A DNA stretch of 64,000 bases from a virus, in IMG/VR virus record IMGVR_UViG_3300025626_000004. The stretch is one strand, 5' to 3'. Position numbers and translations under genes: made by a program. The notes below the pieces were generated by a model. That model had not been told where the DNA came from. It made no database searches and saw only the letters and a program-made list of their open reading frames with translations. This document shows positions 57,427 through 64,000 of the stretch, piece by piece. Each line of letters opens with the position of its first letter. The stretch's first letter is position 1.

Positions 57427-58021
57427 CTTAGAACAGTTTGAAGCAATTACTAAAAGTCTTGGTAAACCCTTGGTTACTGACAAACATGTTTTAAACGAAG
57501 GTCGAACAGTTCAAGAGTTAAGTGATGTTGGTTTGTTTGGTGATGGCGAAGTAGATTGGCATCATGATTGGAGTTATGGTAGAGGCAATTACTTTGGAAC
57601 TATACTTTATAATGTGAACAATGCTCAGAGATCTCCTACATGGTTCTGTGATATGTCTAAGGCACCAGATTCTCTTAGATATATGTATCAAGACGCCGAA
57701 GGAGAATACTATCCTCCTACACATTTACATGGACAATGTTTTACAGAAAAGCAATTGCGGATTCTTAACAAGCAAAAGATAACGCGTAAATTTAATATAG
57801 AACACCATATTACTGGTGAAAAGATTCTGTATTGCAGCCTAGCAACTATGCGAAACAACGAATATAATGTTGAGCCTATACGAGAGTGGATTGAAGAAAA
57901 CTCTTACATCCATCATTGGGAAGATAATGATATATTGTTATGGGACAACTTAAAGATGATCCATAAGCGCTCGGCCTTTGAAGGAAAAAGATTATTATGG
58001 AGAACACAATTTCTAATATAG
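57323..58021 (+). CDS. TauD/TfdA-family Fe(II)/2OG dioxygenase (canonical HxD); start codon uncertain
   Basis: DWHHD, TWFCD, HHITGEK, WEDNDILLWDN, IHKR, RLLWR. Confidence 0.85.
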   Translation: MLETVNYGELESAYDLRQSLLKNGLVKVSCPKPLNLEQFEAITKSLGKPLVTDKHVLNEGRTVQELSDVGLFGDGEVDWHHDWSYGRGNYFGTILYNVNNAQRSPTWFCDMSKAPDSLRYMYQDAEGEYYPPTHLHGQCFTEKQLRILNKQKITRKFNIEHHITGEKILYCSLATMRNNEYNVEPIREWIEENSYIHHWEDNDILLWDNLKMIHKRSAFEGKRLLWRTQFLI

Positions 58022-58446
58022 CAGTAATCAGTTTTCCAAGAACAGCTTCTAAAGCACTAGTTGATTATATGGCAAAAGAACATAGTAAGCTACCTGCGCA
58101 CGGTGTTCTACATAAGCCTGAGTATTTAGGAAAGAATGATTACAATGTAAAAGATATTGTGTTTGGGCAAAATCATATATTACACGGGCATTGGCATAGC
58201 TTAAACCAACTAGATTCAGAAATATACGATTTTGTAAAAGAAAACTATACTATTGTGTGCTCTCACCGACAGAAGCATTTAGTTAAAAAGTCTTTGTTGC
58301 AAATAACCGGTAAGGATTTATACGATGATGTTTACAAACGGTCAATGGAAGAGTATTCAAAATGGAAAATATCTGCTCATTACGTTATGTCAGGAAATGA
58401 CGCTCACATAATTCCTGAGCCTGATCCCACGAGTATTCTGGTTTAA
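57997..58446 (+). CDS. sulfotransferase-like (P-loop) small protein
   Basis: N-terminal ISFPRTASK resembles the 5'-PSB loop PRTGS. Confidence 0.45.
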   Translation: MENTISNIAVISFPRTASKALVDYMAKEHSKLPAHGVLHKPEYLGKNDYNVKDIVFGQNHILHGHWHSLNQLDSEIYDFVKENYTIVCSHRQKHLVKKSLLQITGKDLYDDVYKRSMEEYSKWKISAHYVMSGNDAHIIPEPDPTSILV

Positions 58447-58966
58447 ATCTCCAAGACAACATAAGCCTCAGATCGGCACTTTCATTTTCTACACTGTGTG
58501 GATATTCATTCCTAAACAGTACAGCAGTATCATCAAATACGTATTCGAACTTACGCTCCAATTGATCCTTATCGATGATTTGGCGTGTTCCTAATTTTTC
58601 ATGGTGAATATATTTAATTTCACGCTCATCAGGAAAATCCCAAAATACAGTTTTGGTTTGTGGCGTACAATTTTTTACAGGTATATTGATACTAACATTA
58701 TATGTGTTATCGAGTTTTGTACCAGCACCATCAGCATGAATATTAATTTGCTTTCCTGGGAATAAGCTTAAGATTAAAACCACATCTTTTAGATGTTCTG
58801 TAATAGATCCAAAGTGTCCTATTAAATGAGGGGTGGCATCTACGTTATTGTGCCACTGCTTAGTTTTCTCAAGTGCTTTATAATCTAGATTAGCATTTTT
58901 TATAAACTCTTCACATTTTGCCTTGCTATAGTTAAGATGTTTTAATTCTCTTATGTATTTCATCAA
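58385..58966 (-). CDS. cupin/2OG-Fe(II) oxygenase-like protein
   Basis: IHAD, SINIP, PHSVEN, RLMLSW. Confidence 0.65.
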   Translation of the reverse strand: MMKYIRELKHLNYSKAKCEEFIKNANLDYKALEKTKQWHNNVDATPHLIGHFGSITEHLKDVVLILSLFPGKQINIHADGAGTKLDNTYNVSINIPVKNCTPQTKTVFWDFPDEREIKYIHHEKLGTRQIIDKDQLERKFEYVFDDTAVLFRNEYPHSVENESADLRLMLSWRFKPEYSWDQAQELCERHFLT

Positions 58967-59423
58967 TAGTCTCCGTATAAGATAAGCTCAACACAACTCT
59001 ATTAAATGGGCTAAATTCATTATTCACTCTATGTGGAATGTCAACCCTCCAGCATTTAGCTGACACCAAATCTATGCTATCAACTACATTATATCGGCCA
59101 GGCTCGCCCTCCATGTATTGGAATGTAGAAGTTGGATGGACTGCCAGCGGAATATTAATTGCTGTAATTCTTTGACGAACTCCGTTTGCTTCTGCCTTAT
59201 CATCCACATGTGTTTTACATATTGTGTTAGCTGGTACCATAATCACTGCAGCATATGAAGGCACTGGTAGGTCTTTCCATATATATGAAATCCTATTCAT
59301 CTCTTCTTCATTTAATTTGTATGGTCTAATTGTCCATGCCGGTTCTGAGATATTATTGCCAATGTCAATTAACCATTTTTTATCGTCTTCTCGTACCGAA
59401 GTATCAACGTCAAAGTATTTCAT
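58932..59423 (-). CDS. cupin/2OG-Fe(II) oxygenase-like protein
   Basis: THVD, AINIP, PHRVNN, RVVLSL. Confidence 0.65.
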   Translation of the reverse strand: MKYFDVDTSVREDDKKWLIDIGNNISEPAWTIRPYKLNEEEMNRISYIWKDLPVPSYAAVIMVPANTICKTHVDDKAEANGVRQRITAINIPLAVHPTSTFQYMEGEPGRYNVVDSIDLVSAKCWRVDIPHRVNNEFSPFNRVVLSLSYTETIDEIHKRIKTS

Positions 59424-59802
59424 TAGTCTTTCCTACAATATGATATCTGAATAAATCCATAGTGCCATTCAAAGCGCTGTGCGATTTAGTGGTATCTACA
59501 TAATGAGCCCATCCCTTTTCCATGTAAAACGCATGATCTTCTAAGATAAACAGGCATCTTTTATCAGTAATAATAGGAAAATGGATACGCGGAGTTTGGT
59601 CTGTGTGTACTGTATAACAAGTCTTTGGGCTTAGGCACATTATTCGACTAGAATACATCTGGTATTTTTCAAACAAAGAATTTGTATATGGTATGTTATA
59701 AACAGGATCTATACTTTTTTGCAAAAGCACATGCTTGTCTACATTCATATATTCCTGTACCTCATCGAGTATTAGTGAGGCGTTTAATCTTCCCAGTCTC
59801 AT
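59410..59802 (-). CDS. aspartyl/asparaginyl beta-hydroxylase-like protein
   Basis: RIMCL.PKTCY.VHTD, RIHFPI.T, VDTTKSHSALN, RYHIV. Confidence 0.7.
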   Translation of the reverse strand: MRLGRLNASLILDEVQEYMNVDKHVLLQKSIDPVYNIPYTNSLFEKYQMYSSRIMCLSPKTCYTVHTDQTPRIHFPIITDKRCLFILEDHAFYMEKGWAHYVDTTKSHSALNGTMDLFRYHIVGKTNEIL

Positions 59803-60110
59803 GCATCAGCAAAAGTATATGATACTAAAGAATCCACGGTGGTTGCCGCCTCGATTGCTGCGGTCATTCCACTATAAGTAGAAAGTGCAATAAATTCGGC
59901 ATGGGATGCATCTTCCCAGTTTCTAACCACAGAAACTTCATTTCCACCTTCATTTATCGTGAGTGATTCATCAGTAATTTCTCCGGCAATTAAACCTTCT
60001 TCGATATAGTCACGCAAATCTTGATGAATAGCTGAACCGACTGTTCTGATAGCATCTAGTGCAGTATCAAATGTTCTATTAAATCGGATAGTATATGTCT
60101 GCTGTTTCAT
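59799..60110 (-). CDS. hypothetical acidic protein
   Basis: GAGG RBS; coupled ORF. Confidence 0.7.
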   Translation of the reverse strand: MKQQTYTIRFNRTFDTALDAIRTVGSAIHQDLRDYIEEGLIAGEITDESLTINEGGNEVSVVRNWEDASHAEFIALSTYSGMTAAIEAATTVDSLVSYTFADA

Positions 60111-60765
60111 TGTGTACCTCTTTTAAAAAATGGTTTTCAACATACGGTTGAAAATGTTGATCGTCCAAATGATAACCGTCAGAAAATAGTTTTTTATCTT
60201 CGAAGTTATCAAATAGTGGCTTATCTAATATAAGGTTAAATGGATAATTATACGTATGTAGCAACTTATTATTTGCTGTCCACCAAAGAACTTTATGTCC
60301 TCTGTTCTTTAAAAACCCGTCTAACATACAACATTTTATGATGTTGTCCTCTAATTCAAGTTGCTGGTTAGCTAAAAGCTTTACTCGCTGTAATGCCTTT
60401 AAATCATTTCTACTTGATCGTAATGCTTCATCATAATCATTTGTTTCTAATAAAACAGTTTTAGAATAAAAAGCCAAATGCTTCATATACTGTTTACTTG
60501 TCCAAAATTCTGGTGTACTATACGCGCCTTTGACATAAGCACCTTCATTCATAAATTCAGTATAGCGAGTATGATGTGGTGCTTCTATAATAAAAATGCC
60601 CGCACCAGCCTGACTCATTACTCTAGGAAAGTATGTATCAATGCCGTGGCCGTAAGCTGCTAGATTCTCAACCTCTGCTACGGTTTGTAGAGTCGTGGTC
60701 AAACTTGGCGAATACCGTATAGTGCTATGGCTTGTTCCTAGTATCACGATCTTCTTCATAAACAA
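60079..60765 (-). CDS. SGNH/GDSL-like hydrolase/acyltransferase
   Basis: LGTSHS, ENLAAYGHG, DGYH. Confidence 0.55.
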   Translation of the reverse strand: MFMKKIVILGTSHSTIRYSPSLTTTLQTVAEVENLAAYGHGIDTYFPRVMSQAGAGIFIIEAPHHTRYTEFMNEGAYVKGAYSTPEFWTSKQYMKHLAFYSKTVLLETNDYDEALRSSRNDLKALQRVKLLANQQLELEDNIIKCCMLDGFLKNRGHKVLWWTANNKLLHTYNYPFNLILDKPLFDNFEDKKLFSDGYHLDDQHFQPYVENHFLKEVHNETADIYYPI

Positions 60766-60822
60766 AATGATCCTTCTTCATAAAATAACGAAACCGTATG
60801 TACGCTAATATTCTTCTGTACA

Positions 60823-60830
60823 TATTTATA
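60823..60830 (-). promoter_or_regulatory. late promoter TATAAATA for the minus-strand arm of the island
   Basis: TATTTATA on the plus strand upstream of 60765. Confidence 0.6.
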
Positions 60831-61437
60831 ATCCTATTCTCAATATATCTTGATTCATAGATGTTGTGATCATATCACCATGTAAGGATAGAAATGATCT
60901 ATCATATATAGAAACAAATTCGCTATACGATTCTAATGGTTTATCATACTTATTATTGTACAAATATCCGACATTCATTGGTGTTATATCATCACAAGAT
61001 CCATACGACTGGATTCGCTTATGTTTAAAGTATTTAAGCATACGATAATTGTCAAATAAAATCATGGAACATAATATATAACCACCTTCATTTAAATGGC
61101 TTTTAAATATATTCATACATTGCAAAAAGTATTCGTATGTTGTATGCGTGAATACGCTGTACGCAAAAATCACATCATACTTTTCAGTTAACTCCGGGAA
61201 ATCCTGCTTTCCGTTCTTATTGTAAACTGGGCTGTATATATCTTGATATATGAAATTGAAGTCAGGATAGGTGTATGTACAATATTCATGTGCGGATTTT
61301 TCTATCTCAAATCCTGTATATTGTTCTTTCCTTATTTTTCCCCAATCTATTAGGTTTCCGTTACCACAACCATAATCTAAGATTTTAGCCTGATCTATAT
61401 TATCTGGTATGAATAGCTTATATTTTTCATTATGCAT
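60826..61437 (-). CDS. class I SAM-dependent methyltransferase
   Basis: ILDYGCGNG, YDVIFAYSVFTH, LNEGG. Confidence 0.85.
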   Translation of the reverse strand: MHNEKYKLFIPDNIDQAKILDYGCGNGNLIDWGKIRKEQYTGFEIEKSAHEYCTYTYPDFNFIYQDIYSPVYNKNGKQDFPELTEKYDVIFAYSVFTHTTYEYFLQCMNIFKSHLNEGGYILCSMILFDNYRMLKYFKHKRIQSYGSCDDITPMNVGYLYNNKYDKPLESYSEFVSIYDRSFLSLHGDMITTSMNQDILRIGL

Positions 61438-61474
61438 AACGTTATATATATTTTTAATAATATGAAAATAAGCG

Positions 61475-61503
61475 TGTACAAGTCTTTTGATTTGTGTTAC
61501 TTT
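61475..61503 (+). promoter_or_regulatory. early-type promoter (TGTACA-N17-TACTTT), diverged member of the repeat family
   Basis: AAAATAAGCGTGTACAAG flank resembles the three repeat copies. Confidence 0.55.
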
Positions 61504-61538
61504 TATATGGAAACGTTAAATGTAAATGTGAGAAAAGC

Positions 61539-61622
61539 ATGAAAAATTATATGATCAACCTTTTGTCGAACACTATGTCAGTTTTGTTAGTTATAGGCCT
61601 ATGGATGTTAATCGTATCCTAA
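61539..61622 (+). CDS. 27-aa hydrophobic peptide (MKNYMINLLSNTMSVLLVIGLWMLIVS)
   Basis: Directly after an early-type promoter; single transmembrane-like segment. Confidence 0.35.
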   Translation: MKNYMINLLSNTMSVLLVIGLWMLIVS

Positions 61623-61868
61623 GACTGCAACATTGTCCAGCTCGTCACTAATAACCTCGGCTTCGCGAATTTTGTAGGCAGCTTCGAATCCTTCCTCATA
61701 TGCATCTAAGCATTGGGATTCGTTATTCCACAGACGTTTGAAATAACTATTATAATAGCCTTCTACAATTTCGTCAGATTCAACCTTAGGAATCAGGTGA
61801 CCTTTAACCAACCAAAAATAACGGTTGGCTTCTTTACGCATAAACGGCGAACACATTAGAACCTCCAT
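61608..61868 (-). CDS. hypothetical protein
   Basis: 86-aa ORF; likely true start at MCSPF after GGAGG. Confidence 0.65.
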   Translation of the reverse strand: MEVLMCSPFMRKEANRYFWLVKGHLIPKVESDEIVEGYYNSYFKRLWNNESQCLDAYEEGFEAAYKIREAEVISDELDNVAVLGYD

Positions 61869-61928
61869 TTAATTATGCAACTATGTATAAAATGTTAGTG
61901 CTAACATATGATCAAGGAATAATAAAAA

Positions 61929-62096
61929 GTGGATAATTTTAATGGTAAAGTGGTAAGGCAAGAAGTCATTACTTACTACATTGCTGCTGATGATATTATG
62001 ACCAAACATGTAAAAACAACAGACCATTGTGGCGATGGCAGTGTTATTGAAGGTGTGTCGACTATACCAATTGTGGATAGGGGAAAGTTTAAATGA
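61929..62096 (+). CDS. 55-aa hypothetical protein, absent from the ORF track
   Basis: GTG start after AAGGAA; ATGA overlap with kdsA. Confidence 0.5.
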   Translation: MDNFNGKVVRQEVITYYIAADDIMTKHVKTTDHCGDGSVIEGVSTIPIVDRGKFK

Positions 62097-62869
62097 GAAT
62101 TATTGCAGGACCATGTCAACACGAAAATCTTTCAATGTCATTTAAGATTGCAGAGCATTGTGCCGAAGTGTGTAGTAAACTTGGAATAGAATATATCTTT
62201 AAGGCTAGTTACGATAAAGCAAATCGTACTAATGTTGATGGCACTCGTGGTATGGGCATGAGTTATACTATGGATTGTCTTAGTGTTATTAAGTCTATGG
62301 TTGGGTGTGATACATTAACGGATGTGCATGATTACGTTCAGGCGAAGCGTATATCCAGAGAGTTTAATGACTCAGTAGATATATTACAAATTCCAGCATT
62401 TTTATGTAGACAAACAGATCTTATTAAAGCAGCATGCGCTACAGATAAAATTATTAATATTAAAAAGGGTCAATTCCTTGCACCGTGGGATGTCGAAGGT
62501 ATTTTAAGTAAAACCCAGGACGCAAAAGAAGTGTGGATAACAGAGAGAGGAACTAGCTTTGGATATAACAATCTTGTGGTCGATTTTAATGGCATTCAGT
62601 ACATGCTTGATAATTATGATGTACCGATCGTATTTGATGCAACGCACTCATGTCAGAAACCTGGGGGAAACGGCAAATCGTCTGGTGGTAATCGTGATTA
62701 TGTTCCAGGCCTTTCTCGTGCTGCCTCTGCTTTGGGAGTCAGTAATTTCTTTTTAGAAGTGCATCCTGATCCTGACAATGCTCCGAGTGATGGGCCAAAT
62801 ATGGTGTATCTAAAAGACTTTGAAAAGGTAGTATCTGATATAGTGAGTGCTCATCATTCCCGCTATTAA
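62093..62869 (+). CDS. kdsA: KDO 8-phosphate synthase
   Basis: IAGPC, KASYDKANRT, QIPAFLCRQTDL, KKGQF, ERGTSFGY, DATHS, EVHPDP..A.SDG. Confidence 0.95.
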   Translation: MRIIAGPCQHENLSMSFKIAEHCAEVCSKLGIEYIFKASYDKANRTNVDGTRGMGMSYTMDCLSVIKSMVGCDTLTDVHDYVQAKRISREFNDSVDILQIPAFLCRQTDLIKAACATDKIINIKKGQFLAPWDVEGILSKTQDAKEVWITERGTSFGYNNLVVDFNGIQYMLDNYDVPIVFDATHSCQKPGGNGKSSGGNRDYVPGLSRAASALGVSNFFLEVHPDPDNAPSDGPNMVYLKDFEKVVSDIVSAHHSRY

Positions 62870-63470
62870 TTTAGATATTAGTAATAAGTGCACGCTAGCT
62901 TGTCCAAGATGTACACGTAAGTGGTACACTCATAGAGGCTATCGTGTTCCTGGTTATGATATGACTATAGAAGAATATGAAAAAATCGTATCGTATTTTG
63001 ATCATATCAACTTTTGTGGTAATATATCAGATCCAGTTATGAACAAATGGTTTATAGACTTTCTAAAAATAAACTATACAAGAGATATATCATGTGAGGT
63101 ACATAACGCAGCAACAGGCAAAAAGTTATCGTGGTACAAGAAAGCTTTTGACTCAAATCCTGATGCTCGTTGGATATTTGGACTAGATGGATACCCTGAA
63201 GAAAGCAGCATATATAGAGTTAATCAAAAAGGACATGAACTATTTGAGGCCATGAAACTATGTGCTCAGATGGGACTAGACACTAGTTGGAGGATGATTA
63301 TCTTTAAGTATAATGAAGATCACGTTGACGATTGTAGGAGGATAGCAGAATCGCTTGGAGTAAATTTTCAACAAATTATATCAAGTCGGTTCAAACAAGA
63401 TGATCCATATAAACCAACTAAAAACTTTATAGCAAGAGATTATGAAAACAGTATCCCCAAAATGTCTTAA
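62847..63470 (+). CDS. radical SAM enzyme (short core)
   Basis: CTLACPRC, CGNISDP, FGLDG. Confidence 0.85.
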   Translation: MLIIPAINLDISNKCTLACPRCTRKWYTHRGYRVPGYDMTIEEYEKIVSYFDHINFCGNISDPVMNKWFIDFLKINYTRDISCEVHNAATGKKLSWYKKAFDSNPDARWIFGLDGYPEESSIYRVNQKGHELFEAMKLCAQMGLDTSWRMIIFKYNEDHVDDCRRIAESLGVNFQQIISSRFKQDDPYKPTKNFIARDYENSIPKMS

Positions 63471-63723
63471 TGAAGATCACCAATTAGGCCACACAGCTCG
63501 TGGATATATTTTGCCTTGTTGTTGGGCAGATAGACCTGACTTATTTGAAAGTGATATGAAGCACCTTGTACAAGAAAAATTTAAATTAGATACTATAAAA
63601 AGTGTAGAAGACATTACACAATCTACCGAGTGGTTAAACTTTTATGCAGATTTGTCTAAAGGTGTTGGTTGCTCTATATGCTACATTTATTGTGGCGGTA
63701 ATAATGTAAAGGAAATGACATGA
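63442..63723 (+). CDS. SPASM/Twitch-like Cys-rich domain protein
   Basis: PKC, GYILPCCW, CSICYIYC. Confidence 0.65.
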   Translation: MKTVSPKCLNEDHQLGHTARGYILPCCWADRPDLFESDMKHLVQEKFKLDTIKSVEDITQSTEWLNFYADLSKGVGCSICYIYCGGNNVKEMT

Positions 63724-64000
63724 CTACTAAAACAGCAATTTTAATACCGGCTAGATATGCTAGCACACGATTTCCAGGTAAACCGCTTACTAAACTAGGC
63801 AATAAAACCATGATTGAAACCGTGTACGAAAAATGCCTTGCAACAGGATACGACACATATGTTCTTACAGATGATATGCGCATATTCGAATTATTTGATG
63901 CACATAGCTGTTGGATAGAACCTGAAATAGAATACGCCAATGGTACTGAAAGATGTGCTGACGCAATTACAAATTCCTTTTTTAACGAATATAGTAAATT
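63720..64000 (+). CDS. kdsB: CMP-KDO synthetase, 3'-truncated
   Basis: ILIPARYASTRFPGKPL, VLTDD, NGTERCA; ATGA overlap. Confidence 0.9.
   Translation, partial: MTTKTAILIPARYASTRFPGKPLTKLGNKTMIETVYEKCLATGYDTYVLTDDMRIFELFDAHSCWIEPEIEYANGTERCADAITNSFFNEYSK

Noticed and set aside
63674-63940. Minus-strand 88-aa ORF in the track
   Set aside because: It is the antisense shadow of kdsB, which runs off the window on the plus strand

Overview
The window is a 64-kb segment of a T4-like myovirus genome. The host is most likely a marine Alphaproteobacterium, possibly Rhodobacteraceae-related. This inference rests on a Shemin-pathway ALA synthase, a permuted two-piece alphaproteobacterial-type tmRNA, a DUF1127 protein and a ROSE thermometer. 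The core modules are the late structural genes (gp13-gp23, gp3), recombination/replication genes (uvsY, uvsW, gp55, gp47/46, gp45/44/62, regA, gp43, uvsX, gp41) and thyX. Transcription signals are T4-type early promoters (GTKTAC-W-N17-TATAAT) and late promoters (TATAAATA). Accessory content: (1) an ADP-heptose operon interrupted by an alaS / heme oxygenase / PcyX-type bilin reductase cassette; (2) kdsA/kdsB and other sugar-nucleotide genes; (3) a candidate new DNA-base hypermodification cluster, in which a T4-gp42-type dCMP hydroxymethylase sits next to dCMP deaminase, an SGNH-like protein, a fold-II PLP enzyme and a 5hmU-DNA-kinase-helical-like protein; (4) a tailoring-enzyme island containing a TauD-fold Fe/2OG enzyme with an HxA halogenase-type motif; (5) several RNA-level controls. 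All calls come from motif recognition by eye; no database searches were run.
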